Source: Octopus vulgaris (taxonomy: Eukaryota). From it: DNA of 64,000 nt. The stretch lies in the NCBI GenBank assembly GCA_951406725.2, contig OX597827.1:18600001-18664000 (forward strand), written 5' to 3'. A program made the translations under genes and the position numbers. Positions 1 through 12,594 of this stretch are shown here, one piece after another (position 1 is the stretch's first letter; the number at the start of each line of letters is the position of its first letter). The notes under the pieces are model-generated. The model saw only the letters and a program-made list of their open reading frames with translations. It had not been told where the DNA came from and did no database searches.

Positions 1-95
1 CGAAGACAAATATCTCGTACCTACTAAATCCAATGAGTAGCATGAACCAGTGACTACTAAACTATTTTTTACTTTTAACTATAGCAATAACTTAC

Positions 96-166
96 GCAAT
101 ATTGTCTGACACACTTAACCCGACACACCGATGCTAAAAACGTGGAGAAGTTGAGAAACTCTGTAC
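96..166 (-). CDS. Candidate 71-nt internal exon of an unidentified host gene
   Basis: Minus strand: ctcctcaacAG acceptor, GTAAGT donor, one open frame (TEFLNFSTFLASVCRVKCVRQYC). No recognisable homology. Confidence 0.2.
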
Positions 167-258
167 CTGTTGAGGAGCAGACTTCGACAATTCACAGTGA
201 AAATGTGAAAAGAGCTAGGTATTTAAAGTAGAGGAGATGTGAATGTATCTCTTTGTTT

Positions 259-483
259 TCTCTTTTACTTGTTTCAGTCATTTGACTGCGGCCATGTTGG
301 AGCACTGCCTTTAGTCGAGCAAATCGACGCCAGGATTTATTCTTTGTAAGCCTAGTACTTATTCTATCTGTCTCTTTTGTCGAATCGCTAAGTTACGGGG
401 ACGTAAACACACCAGCATCGGTTGTCAAGTGATGTTGGTGGGGGGACAAACACAGACACACAAACATATATACACACACACAC

Positions 484-521
<38 letters not shown>

Positions 522-684
522 GACAGGCTTCTTTCAGTTTCTGTCTACCAAATCCACTCACAAGGCTTTGGTCAGCTCGAGGCTATAGTAGAAGACATTT
601 GCCCAAGGGGCCGCACAGTGGGAATGAACCTGGAACCATGTGGTTGGTAAGCAAGCTACTTACCACATAGCTACTCCTGCGCCT
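259..684 (-). mobile_element. SINE family A (tRNA-like head, CORE-like segment, internal (TA)n/(TG)n)
   Basis: Head aggcgcaggagt(a/g)gct..tggtaag with a B-box-like ggttca; tail gactgaaacaagtaaaagag. About 20 full or partial copies in the window. Confidence 0.85.
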
Positions 685-723
685 ATACTGTGTAATTTAA
701 AAAAATTATTTGTGTGTCAAAAT

Positions 724-742
724 GTAGATAGATAGATAGATG

Positions 743-808
<66 letters not shown>

Positions 809-809
809 G

Positions 810-852
<43 letters not shown>

Positions 853-861
853 GAGATAGAG

Positions 862-916
<55 letters not shown>

Positions 917-921
917 CAGGC

Positions 922-973
<52 letters not shown>

Positions 974-1000
974 GGATGAATGGATGGATGGATAGATAGA
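724..1000. repeat. (GATA)n/(GACA)n microsatellite
   Basis: Direct reading of the sequence. Confidence 0.95.
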
Positions 1001-1407
1001 GTCCATAATAAGATCTTTGAGGCTCCACGCAAGACAATAGTAAATTGGGGATTCAATTCAACCTACACAAAATAATGTGTGGAAAACTAAATGAGAATTT
1101 TGATAGAAGTTTTTATAAACCTAGTTTTTAAGCATCGAATGACTAAGGGGGTCCACCAGAATAAAATAGTACTCAAAGGACTCCAGATACAAAATGCTTG
1201 AGAACCCCCGCTTTAGATGTATGCATTGCAAGAAACAGTCGTTTCTTTCTCTAACATTTTACATAGTTTTAACCTCCGCAAGTTAATGTGTGAAAAATAA
1301 AATAGGAATTTTGAGACAAGTTTAAAAACTAGTTTTTAAACATCGAATGGCTATGGTGGTCCACCAGAATAAAACAGTAATCAAAGGAATCCACAGATAA
1401 AAAATGG

Positions 1408-1830
1408 GGATCTTTTCGGTTTGAACGGCAGTTTTTAACATAATTTCTAGGTAACTAAACACTTTTAAACTTCATATACTGGTAGAATGTGTTTATAAAA
1501 CATCTCTTTCTCATGGCTTTATTGAGAAAATTCTATGGTTTGTAAGATATTTGTTGTTTTTTTTCTTCAATTTCCGCAATTTCAATCAATCAGTGACGTT
1601 CATCGAGGTAAAAAACATTCTGTGCCGTATAAATATGTCCCTCGTTTAAGAAACAGATTGGGTTTATTTACATTTGTGAAGAAAAAAAGATACCCTTCCC
1701 CCACCCCTAGCCCTAACCTTAACCCTAAAACAGATTGAAATGCAATAGATCGATACTAGGGTCATAATTATGGGTGACAATTTCATATGACACCGCTAGA
1801 AAAAACTGCCCTTTCAAACCGAAAAGATCC
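1408..1830. mobile_element. MITE with GG-terminal TIRs and 8-bp TSD (Merlin-like; hAT not excluded)
   Basis: TIR ggatcttttcggtttgaacggcagttttt / aaaaactgccctttcaaaccgaaaagatcc. TSD aaaaatgg at 1400-1407 and 1831-1838. Internal ccctaa motifs. Confidence 0.85.
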
Positions 1831-1997
1831 AAAAATGGTATGCAGTCACCCGACCTGCTCGAAATAGCAGTCATGTTCTTACAATTCATACCCTACTTTA
1901 TGTAAAGGGTAGCTATTTTTTTAAAAGTGAATGTTGCATTCATCTCGTTAGAAAAAAAAATCACTTAGTGTTTCGTGGCCACATATGTGGAAATAAC

Positions 1998-2290
1998 CAC
2001 GTGATCGACCAGACAATCGGGTGTTGTTATATATCGCTGATCACAATGCGCTTTTCATCGTTTTAGGTTTCGAATTATGTATCTCTCTCTCTCAAAATTC
2101 GAGCAGGCCAACATTGCCCCTTGATGTGAAGGTTAGTCCGTCGCAGTGTTACCCATTTACAGCTAAGTCGACTGGAGCAACGTAAAATGAAGTGTTTTGC
2201 TCAAGAACACGACGCACCACCCGGTCCAACAACCGAACCCACGATCTAGCTATCGTGAATGCAACACCCTATCCACTGGGCCAAGCGCTT
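1998..2290 (-). mobile_element. SINE family C, diverged, with RTE-like 3' tail
   Basis: tRNA-like head near 2290; gtgttcttgagcaaaacact central domain; tail related to 34777-34840 and to the RTE end at 18001-18066. Confidence 0.65.
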
Positions 2291-2581
2291 TCATATGTAG
2301 ATATAAGAGAGTATAATATTCATTCAAATAATGGCTAATTGTAATTTAGGCACAAGAATAAGAATTTGGGGGCGAAGGGGTTAGTTGATAGCATTGATTC
2401 TAGAGCCTGACTGTTATTTCATGTTATCAAGGCCGAAAGGATAAACGGCGAAATCGACTTTGGTGGGATTTGAACTCAGTACGTAAAGAATTCAAATGAA
2501 CAACATGAATCATTTCTCCTTCCGATGTTCTACCGATTCTTCCAGTTCGTCGCCTTAAAATATGATTAAATAATGACTATT

Positions 2582-2776
2582 AGGCGCAGGCGTACCTGCT
2601 TTCCAACCACGTGGTCCCGGGTTCAGTCCCACCGTGTAGCACCTTGTGCAAGTGTCTTCTACTATTGTCCCGAGCCGACCAAAGCCTTGCGAGTGGTTTT
2701 GGTAAACGGAAACTAAATGAAGCCCATCGTATATAAATATAAACCTCTGTGAGTGTGTATGTGTGTGTGTGTATGT

Positions 2777-2873
<97 letters not shown>

Positions 2874-3095
2874 CGCGAGCCCTACCACCGCTTCACAACC
2901 GGTATTGGCCTGTGTATATCCTCGTAACTTAGCGGTTCGGCAAAACAGATCGATAGGATAAGTACCAGGCTTTAAAAAAAAACAAAAAACGGATAAGTCC
3001 TGGGGTCGATTCATTCGACTAAAAATTTATTCAAAGCGGTGCCCCAGCACGGCCGCAGTCTAAAGACTGAAACAAGTAAAAAAAAAAATAAAAGA
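2582..3095 (+). mobile_element. SINE family A
   Basis: Family A head, body and tail with a long internal (TG)n. Confidence 0.8.
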
Positions 3096-3133
3096 TGGGA
3101 AATAGAAGATACGGAAAACAATGACCACATATA

Positions 3134-3546
3134 CTCTTTTTACTCTTTTACTTGTTTCAGTCATTTGACTGCGGCCATGCTGGAGCACCGCCTTTAGTCG
3201 AGCAACTCGACCCCCGGGACTTATTCTTTTGTAAGCCCAGTACTTATTCTATCACTCTCTTTTGCCGAACCGCTAAGTAACGGGGACGTAAACACACCAG
3301 CATCAGTTGTCAAGCAATGCTAGGGGGAACAAACACAGACACACAAACATAGACACGCATACATATATATATACATATATACGACGGGCTTCTTTCAGTT
3401 TCCGTCTACCAAATCCACTCACAAGGCTTTGGTCGGCCCGAGGCTATAGTAGAAGACACTTGCCCAAGGTGCCACGCAATGGGACTGAACCCGGAACCAT
3501 GTGGTTGATAAACAAGCTACTTACCACACAGCCACTCCTGCGCCTA
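3134..3546 (-). mobile_element. SINE family A, full length
   Basis: Near-consensus copy. Confidence 0.9.
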
Positions 3547-4057
3547 TGCAGATATAAAAACTAATACAAAAATATATTCAAATAATGACCAGATATCTCG
3601 ATATAAATAGCCAATACTTGTAAAACACAATGAAAACTATTGACTAAATGGAAGTTGGTTAAACGAAATCCATTCAAATACCGACAACATATGCACAGAG
3701 AGAAAAAATATTTCCTCATTGCATGCTTTAATATTTTTGGTTAATAATGAGTCAAATATTCCACCCGGTTATGCAATGGTATTTGAGAGTAGGGGTGTGG
3801 GTTCCGCAACGAACATAGCCTGACTTTGTGTTTGCTTCCTCCCGTCTTGTCCAAACGAAACACTGCACAACGTTACTGGTGGGATACGATCTCACATGAA
3901 GTAGTTGAGAGATGATAGGTCAAGCATTCTTGCTAACCACTGCGGCAATTTTGACTCCACTCAGTCTAGACGAGAAACACCCGACAATCAACAACTACAG
4001 ACCTGCTATTTATTTCAGATTTTTAGATTTGACTTTGTTTATCGTTAACAGAGAGAA

Positions 4058-4130
<73 letters not shown>

Positions 4131-4684
4131 GGAGAGAGAGAGAGAGAGAGAGGGAGAAAGAGACGAACTAGTGCACAGAGATGAGAAAGGGAAAGAGAGA
4201 TACAAAAACAAAACTAAAAGAGCTAAAAAAAAAGAGAGAGAGAACGGAAGAGGGAGATCGAGATAGATATAGCAGAGAGAGAGAGAGTCAGAGAGTCAGA
4301 GAGAAAGAGAGGAAAAGAGAAACATAGAAAGATTAAACACACACACACACACACATATACACACCGACAGAGAGATGGGAAAAGACAAATTGAAAAACAA
4401 TATACGTGAGTGAGATAGAGAAAGGAAGAGAGAAAGGAAGAGAGAGAGAGAGACAGAGAGACAGAGAGAGAGAGAATGGGAGACAGAGGGAGAGGGGGAG
4501 ATTAAAAACAAGGCGAGAGAGAGAGACGAAGATTTGTTAGGGTCGTCGTTGATTCTGTTTAGCCCCAGGTCAGCCGGCCTTGTCTGAACAAACCAATTAT
4601 GAAAGGCATCCCAGCAATGAACATTCCGTCTCTATCTATATCTCCATCATCTATGTGTATATGTCTATGAATATGCATCATATA

Positions 4685-4728
<44 letters not shown>

Positions 4729-4974
4729 CACATATATATTCTTTTATTCTTTCATTCTTTTACTTGCTTCAGTCATTTGACTGCTGCCATGCTGGAGCAC
4801 CGACTTTGAAGAATTTTAGTCGAATGAATCAAATCCAATACTTATTCTTTAAAGCCTAGTACTTATTCTATCGGTTACTATTGCCGAACCGTCAAGTTAC
4901 GGGGACGTAAACACACCAAAGGAGGTTGTCAAGCGGTATTGGGGGACAAACACAGATACAGACACACACACACA

Positions 4975-5018
<44 letters not shown>

Positions 5019-5057
5019 AAAAAAGGTTTGAAAATGCAATTTAAACGATGTTTATTT

Positions 5058-5098
5058 ACTTAACCGGTTTCACTCTTTGGTAAAAGATTGTCAAAAGT
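5058..5098 (-). ncRNA. Minimal hammerhead-like motif (U3:A8 core), mirror copy
   Basis: Reverse complement of 8807-8847. Confidence 0.55.
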
Positions 5099-5113
5099 TA
5101 CATTTAAGGAAAC

Positions 5114-5340
5114 ATTGAATAATATGGGTTCAAAAAAGTTTTTTACATAATTGTCACATTGAATATTATGCATTCAAAAAAGTTTTTTACATAATTGTCA
5201 CATTGGATATTATGGGTTCAAAAAAAGTTTTTTACATAATTGTCACATTGAATATTATGCATTCAAAAAAGTTTTTTACATAATTGTCACATTGGATATT
5301 ATGAATTCAAAAATGTTTTTTTATACATAATTGTCACATT
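5114..5340. repeat. About 42-43 bp minisatellite, about 5 copies (mirrored at about 8565-8791)
   Basis: Unit ttg(a/g)atattatg(ca/gg)ttcaaaaaagttttttacataattgtcaca. Confidence 0.9.
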
Positions 5341-6169
5341 ATTTGGGAAAATTTGGCAGAAAAGGATAAAACAAATATATTATTGGGAATTGGTTGCGTT
5401 AATTATTGGTTGTCGCAAATTGTCACATTACATGTATATATATACAATCTTTGGTATATATATACAGCGTTTTGACAGCAAAAATTAAAATGGATTTTTT
5501 GTACATCTCAGAATATTTTAAGTATGTTTTTACTGACCTGTCAGTATTAGCAGAAAGGCTGAACTGAGAGAACAGAAGAAGTAGCCAATGTGGTGTATAC
5601 TTCCCCTTTATGCATGAATGATTTTGGGGTTATCAGGAGGTTAGTATGCGGGTGTGAATAGATGTGTCCGTGCCTGCTGGTCAGACATCATCTGTTTGTC
5701 ACACACATATATATACACACAAACACACACACACACAACAACACACACACACACACACACACATAGCATACAAACACACACCACATACAAACAACACACA
5801 CACACACACACAGAACACACACACCCACACACAACGCACCCACATATATCACATATACACACAGCACACAAATATAACATGTATCTATATATAACATACA
5901 CAGATATATAACACACATACACACACAACACACACACACACACACACACACACAACACACGCACACATACATACATAATATAAATATCACACAAATACAC
6001 CTAGCATATATATACACACATACAATACACACATACAGCATGTAAGTAATATACATACACAATATATGCATGCAATATACATACGCAATACATACATATA
6101 ATATATATATATATATAGACAATGCATATACATATATACACATATACATATAAATAGTGTATACATACA

Positions 6170-6697
6170 CAAGACCCACGCCTGAAAAAAATACTGGCAG
6201 CTCATAAAATAATAAAAAGTAAGAGACAACCTAAATCCCTAAAAAACCTCCTCACCAACGCAAAATTACACAACACAAACCCACCACCCACCATCAAAAA
6301 ATGTGGTCGCCCCAACTGTAAGACCTGCATCCACCTCATTGAGGGATCGTCGTACAAGTTCCACTCGGGACACACATTCATCATAAAAAATAACTTCACG
6401 TGCGCATCAAAAAATTTACTCTACGTCATAAGGTGTGAAGGATGCCACGAAGACTACATAGGGCAAACGAGCCTTACCCTCAGAGACAGAATGACAGTTC
6501 ACCGACAACAACTGAGGGACCCCTCCACAAGACAGATACCACTAAGTGGACACTTAGACCTTTGTGCACACAATAAGTCCCCCAAATTCTTAGTCTTCCC
6601 ACTATACCAATGCTCGGACAACACCACAGACCAAACACGAATAAATAAGGAAAGTAATCTTATTCAAAAATACAGACCACAACTAAACATACTCTAA
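6170..6697 (+). mobile_element. 5'-truncated Penelope-like element (Neptune-type) ORF: Cys-rich linker plus GIY-YIG endonuclease
   Basis: Uninterrupted 175-codon frame: ...KRQPKSLKNLL...CGRPNCKTC...FTCASKNLLYVIRCEGCHEDYIGQTSLTLRDRMTVH...SGHL...KESNLIQKYRPQLNIL*. Shows the LLY..YIG motif, CxxC..H..H and conserved R, E and N. Confidence 0.9.
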
Positions 6698-6882
6698 CAT
6701 ACCCCCTGGAAGCACATCCAGAGCAAGCACACAGGGACGCGCGCACGCTCACAGCATATCGTGCGGGCGGGCACATGCGCGCATCGGCACGCATAGGACA
6801 CACTAGCGGGCATTGACCGCACACATACGTGGCATGCACACGCATGCATTATATATATGTAGGTGATGTATGTGTGTGAGTG

Positions 6883-6920
<38 letters not shown>

Positions 6921-7070
6921 ACTGTGTGCGTGTGTGTGTATATGTGTGTGTGTGTGTGCACGTGTGTATATATGTGTGTGTGTGTGTGCACTGTGTGCGG
7001 GTGTGTGTGTATGTGTGTGTGTGTGTGTGTGAGCATTGTGTACGTGTGTATGTATTTACATATGTATCTG

Positions 7071-7117
<47 letters not shown>

Positions 7118-7740
7118 TGTGTGTGTATATGCATGGTATGTGTGTGTGTGTTGTGTGTGTATATGCATGGTATGTGTGTATATGTTAGTACTTTGTTTGT
7201 GTGTATGTGCGGCATTTAGAGATATATTTGAGTGTGTACGCTATAGGTTTGTAATTTGTGTGTGTGGGTGGTGGTGAATTTTTTATATATATATATATGT
7301 GGGTGTATGTGTGTGAAAAAATATATGTATGTGCATGTGTGTATGTATGTATGTGTGTATATATATATATATGTGTATATATATGTGTGTGTGTGTATGT
7401 GTGTGTGTATATTTATTTGCATGTTTATGTGTGTATAAACATGTACATTATTTGCATGCGCATTGTGTATATGTATATTGTATGTATGTGTATTGTATAT
7501 GTACGTGTACAATTAAGTGTATATATTTGTGTGTATGTGTGCACTGTATATATGTATATTGTAGGTGTGCTATATGTGCATGAATACATGTATATGCATT
7601 GCGTGTATATATATGTATGCATTGTGTGTGTATGTATGTTATGTGTGTGTGTGTGTATATATATATTATATGTATGCGTACGTGTATGTGTATGCATTGT
7701 ATGTATGTGTGTTGTGTGTATATGTGGTACATCTATGTAT

Positions 7741-8894
7741 GTGTATGTATACACTATTTATATGTATATGTGTATATATGTATATGCATTGTCTATATAT
7801 ATATATATTATATGTATGTATTGCGTATGTATATTGCATGCATATATTGTGTATGTATATTACTTACATGCTGTATGTGTGTATTGTATGTGTGTATATA
7901 TATGCTAGGTGTATTTGTGTGGTATTTATATTATGTATGTATGTGTGCGTGTGTTGTGTGTGTGTGTGTGTGTGTGTGTTGTGTGTGTATGTGTGTTATA
8001 TATATGTGTATGTTATATATAGATACATGTTATATTTGTGTGCTGTGTGTATATGTGATATATGTGGGTGCGTTGTGTGTGGGTGTGTGTGTTCTGTGTG
8101 TGTGTGTGTTGTTTGTATGTGGTGTGTGTTTGTATGCTATGTGTGTGTGTGTGTGTGTGTGTGTTGTTGTGTGTGTGTGTGTTTGTGTGTATATATATGT
8201 GTGTGACAAACAGATGATGTCTGACCAGCAGGCACGGACACATCTATTCACACCCGCATACTAACCTCCTGATAACCCCAAAATCATTCATGCATAAAGG
8301 GGAAGTATACACCACATTGGCTACTTCTTCTGTTCTCTCAGTTCAGCCTTTCTGCTAATACTGACAGGTCAGTAAAAACATACTTAAAATATTCTGAGAT
8401 GTACAAAAAATCCATTTTAATTTTTGCTGTCAAAACGCTGTATATATATACCAAAGATTGTATATATATACATGTAATGTGACAATTTGCGACAACCAAT
8501 AATTAACGCAACCAATTCCCAATAATATATTTGTTTTATCCTTTTCTGCCAAATTTTCCCAAATAATGTGACAATTATGTATAAAAAAACATTTTTGAAT
8601 TCATAATATCCAATGTGACAATTATGTAAAAAACTTTTTTGAATGCATAATATTCAATGTGACAATTATGTAAAAAACTTTTTTTGAACCCATAATATCC
8701 AATGTGACAATTATGTAAAAAACTTTTTTGAATGCATAATATTCAATGTGACAATTATGTAAAAAACTTTTTTGAACCCATATTATTCAATGTTTCCTTA
8801 AATGTAACTTTTGACAATCTTTTACCAAAGAGTGAAACCGGTTAAGTAAATAAACATCGTTTAAATTGCATTTTCAAACCTTTTTTCTTATATA
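7741..8894 (+). repeat. Right arm of long inverted repeat (PLE 3' tail)
   Basis: Reverse complement of 5011-6170. Confidence 0.95.
8807..8847 (+). ncRNA. Minimal type-I hammerhead-like motif (U3:A8 core)
   Basis: ACTT-TTGACAA-TCTTT tacc AAAGA gt-GAAA-CCGG-TT-AAGT. Stem I ACTT/AAGT, palindromic stem III. Base of stem II is imperfect. Confidence 0.55.
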
Positions 8895-9019
8895 ATCCCA
8901 CTCGTGCGATACCCCACAACTCAACTTTTTTATATATATATATATATATACTTATGTCATGTAGGATTGCTGAACTGTACGCGTTTTTTAAAAATTCTCT
9001 CTGTTTATTTCTCTTATTC

Positions 9020-9055
9020 CTTTCTGTTGAAGAGCGTAGGCTCGAAATCTAAAAG
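9020..9055 (+). ncRNA. Degenerate hammerhead motif
   Basis: CTTT-CTGtTGA-A-GAGC gtag GCTC-GAAA-tc-TA-AAAG. A6 and stem III are mutated. Same layout as 19182-19218. Confidence 0.45.
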
Positions 9056-9157
9056 ACGTTTTCATTTCTCCAGGGCGTCAAACTACACTTGCTTGTTGTT
9101 CATACACCTGTCTTCGTGTTTTGTTCTTCTATAAATTTGAACTATATATGTGTGTGT

Positions 9158-9193
<36 letters not shown>

Positions 9194-9265
9194 GTGTGCG
9201 CGTGTGTGTGTATTGAAAAAACAGTCGATATAGAAAATGCTAAAATTATTTTATAAAAAAACATT

Positions 9266-9302
9266 TCAGTACCGGTTTCAGTCATTGAGACTTTTTCAAC
9301 TG
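9266..9302 (-). ncRNA. Minimal type-I hammerhead ribozyme, U3:A8 variant, GUA site
   Basis: CAG-TTGAAAA-AGTC tcaat GACT-GAAA-CCGG-TA-CTG. All three stems pair. Confidence 0.7.
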
Positions 9303-9672
9303 TAAGTGTGGAAAAACAATTAAATTTTGGATATATATATATATATATACTAAGAAATGGTGTTATTATCGATGGAATACTATGACATTTCACTAAACCC
9401 TGGAACTTCTAACCTTTATAAGTAGGTTGTAACATCTTTGGCACTTATGTTAATTTTTACACCCCTGGTAACTATTTTTTTCGTGTTATTTGTACACATT
9501 GAAAAAATAAACACACACACACATGTGTATGTATGTATGTATGTATGTATGTATGTATGTATGTATGTATGTATGTATGTATGTATGTATGTATGTATGT
9601 ATGTATGTATACTTTCATTAAAGCAGCAAAGGTTTCCAGTTCGCCGGGCAGCTATGGAGTTTTCATCACAAA

Positions 9673-9708
9673 TGTCCGACGAACGGAAACGTGAAACTCT
9701 GAGTAACA
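9673..9708 (+). ncRNA. Minimal type-I hammerhead motif (U4C change)
   Basis: TGT-CcGACGA-ACG gaaa CGT-GAAA-CTC t GAG-TA-ACA. Same family as 41073-41102. Confidence 0.65.
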
Positions 9709-9831
9709 GTTTTGGGATATTTTTGCAGCTTTAATAAAAGCATATTACTCTACCTTTGGTATTCGAGTACTATTTTTCTATATTGTTTTGCGCTCATGCG
9801 CTTACCTGTGTGTGCGCGCGTGTGAGCGTGA

Positions 9832-9870
<39 letters not shown>

Positions 9871-10509
9871 CGAGTGTATACGACCAGCTTCTTTCAGCTT
9901 CCGTTTAACAAAATCCACTCACAAGGCTTTCGGGGCTACATCGTAGAAGACACATGCTCCAGGTGCCACGCAGTGGTACTGAACCCGGAACCATCTGGTT
10001 GGGAAGCAAACTTCTTACCACATTATCCAATGTTTCGCTCTCTCTCTCTCTCCCTCTTTCTCTGTCTCCCTCTCTCTGTCACCCACTCTTTCTTTCTCTT
10101 TCTCTCTTTTTGTTGTTCTTTGTTTAGATAAGGTGTGATTTGAGAGAATTCGGTTGCTGTTTTAGTAGGTTAAGCGGCCACGTAGACGCAAGTGTATTTC
10201 TCACCGACTTGGTGGCTGTGGTTGTTGCCTAGCCCCAGGGCTGTGCCAGTTAGAAGAGGGTGGGGTTCAGCTTAGCTAGCACATTGGCCCGGAACCCGTC
10301 GTGATTATCTGTTGGGACACATCCTTAAATAAATAAATAATATAGCAAAGCCCTCCGGAATTTCGAGAGCTCGATCCCCGTTTCTGGGCGGATGAGGGCA
10401 CTCGAGAAGGAAATCGTGTTCGGCTTGCCAAATTTTATTTCGGTATCTCTGGTCCCAAGTCAACACCAATCGGGCCGACATTATAATTAAAGTGCCTAAA
10501 GTTGGTCTT

Positions 10510-11045
10510 GTGACCATCCATCATTTTAGGAATAGGGATCCCTACACAAGTGTATCCGCCATCGAATTTGTTTCCTCATAACTTTCAGAAAAATGGGTAT
10601 TTTTCAATGAAATTTTCTACGAAGTCAGGATAGGGAGGAAGAATACTCGTGTAGGTTTTCCAAGGAACATATGTGATATTAACATCCTGGGACGGTAAGG
10701 AATGAATTGAGGGAGATTTAGCTGGCTGCTACTTCTAAGAGTCGATCAACGATGTAGAGTGGGGGATCAATAACATAAAGCGGAATTTCGATACTAAAGT
10801 TCTTCCTGTAGTGACCATCAATCATTTTAGGAATAGGGATCCCTACACAAGTGTATCCGCCATCGATTTTGTTTCCTCATATCTTTCAGAAAAATGGGTA
10901 TTTTTCAATGAAATTTTCTACGAAGTCAAGATAGGAAGGAAGAATACTCGTGTAGGTTTATGAAGGGACATATGTGATATTAACGTCCTGGGACGATAAG
11001 GAATGCTTTGAGGGGGCTTTAGCTGCTACATCAACAATGTAGAGC
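10510..11045. repeat. About 301-bp tandem duplication (about 1.8 copies)
   Basis: gtgaccatc.atcattttaggaatagggatccctacacaag starts at 10510 and again at 10811. Confidence 0.9.
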
Positions 11046-11239
11046 AGGGGTTCTCAACCATTTTTCACCCATGGACCCTTTTGGTAACTATTTTATTCTG
11101 GTAGATCCTCATGAGTTACTCGATGGTTTCAAATTAGTTTTATAGACCCTTCTTTCAAAATCCCTATTTTGTTTGTCACGTATTCAGTTGCTAAGGGTGA
11201 ACTGTGCAAAACGTTTCTATCTCTTATCGTTTATCTCTT

Positions 11240-11637
11240 CTCCTTGTTTCAGTTATTTGACTGCGGCCAGGCTGGGGCACCGCCTAGACGGGTTTTAGTC
11301 GAATAAATCGACTCCAGGACATCTTTTTTTCTTCAAGCCAGGTATTTATTCTATCGGTCTCTTTTACTGAACGCTACGTGACGGGGACGTAAACACACAA
11401 ACACTGGTTGTCATACAGTGGTTGGGGACAAACACAGACATAAGGTCACACACACACATATATATTTATATATGACGGGCTTCTTTCAGTTTCCGTCTAC
11501 CAAATCCACTCACAAGGCTTTGGTCGGCCCGAGGCTATAGTAGAAGACACTTGCCCAAGGTGCCACGCAGTGTGACTGAACCCAGAACCATGTGGTCGGT
11601 AAGCAAGCTACTTGCCACACAGCCACTACTGCGCCTA
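11240..11637 (-). mobile_element. SINE family A
   Basis: Family A tail, body and head. Confidence 0.85.
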
Positions 11638-11676
11638 TGTTAACAAAAATAATAAAAATATGATCTTGATTAAATA

Positions 11677-12392
11677 CAGGCTGATTGGAAAGTAACTCCC
11701 TATTTTAAAATGCTTATAATTTATTTATTAACTATAATTTTTTTCTCAAATTTGTTGTGTATGTTCTTTAATCTATGGGAATTGATTCTCTGTTGTCTTT
11801 TTTTTCAGATTGATTATTTTGTTTGAATTTTAAGCCCTACAAACATGGTTGGATGTTTTACTGTGCAGTAGCGTGCCCAGCTAGCTGCACAGTACGAAGT
11901 TTGGAGATGAGTTGTTCAAGTGCAAAGATGGTGGAAGACCATTAGAGGAAGACATGCTCAAGTTGATGCAAAGATAATCAAGAATTGCCATGCAAAATTC
12001 ATGACTATAGGATTTGTAGCTGATACTTGAAATGGTCGTCCTTCCAATTCATCAAGGTCCGCATGACTGGCTGGCCAGAAGCCCTGATTTAACACCCTGA
12101 GACTGTTTTTTTTTTGGGGGGGGGGGTTAAAGGAGGAAGTCTTCTCTACCAAACCAATGACTTTGGAAGAACTTGAAGGGTGAATACGAGAAGTTATGTC
12201 TTGCATTCCACAAGACTTGATGTGGTTCCCAGGCGGCTTCAGAAGCTGGTGGTGAATGCTGATGCTTATATCAAATTTTAAATAAAATTCCATGCTATAC
12301 ACTTTCTTTACATATTCGTTTTTTCTAAAAATCATAGTTAATAAATAAATTATGAGTATTTTAAAATAGGGAGTTAATTTTCAATCACCCTG
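11677..12392 (+). mobile_element. Internally deleted Tc1/mariner-superfamily element
   Basis: About 55-bp TIRs (caggctgattggaaagtaactccctattttaaaa / ttttaaaatagggagttaattttcaatcaccctg), TA on both sides, remnant DWLARSPDLTP*D..WG motif. Confidence 0.8.
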
Positions 12393-12594
12393 TATATTCA
12401 AATAAAACTAATGAAGGATGTATTCTTTTTTATCTTGAAATATTAATTACAGGACTTTTCTTTTTAACCCAATAGTGAAGTGGTTTCTAAAGATATAAGT
12501 GGGATCAAACCTGGAAGCCCATGACTGTGAAGTGATTTCCTTAACCATTCGGCCAACAAGATCCCTTGTAGAGTTATTGTTCACATATATATAT

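Larger units (their letters stand above)
5011..6170 (-). repeat. Left arm of long inverted repeat (inverted copy of the PLE 3' tail / pseudo-LTR)
   Basis: Reverse complement of 7741-8894. By eye the arms differ only by a few substitutions and microsatellite lengths. Confidence 0.95.

Noticed and set aside
422-670. Recurrent ORF ..[27 protein letters not shown]..
   Set aside because: Antisense translation of SINE family A, repeated at each copy; not a gene family.
1700-1730. ccctaa repeats as an interstitial telomere
   Set aside because: Only 2-3 imperfect units, and they are an internal part of the MITE.
5114-5340. Regularly spaced 42-43 bp repeats suggesting a CRISPR array
   Set aside because: The units are contiguous with no unique spacers, the context is eukaryotic and no cas genes are present. 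It is a minisatellite.
6694-8264. 200-aa Cys/Val/Tyr-rich ORFs
   Set aside because: Products of (TG)n/(TA)n low-complexity sequence in the PLE tail.
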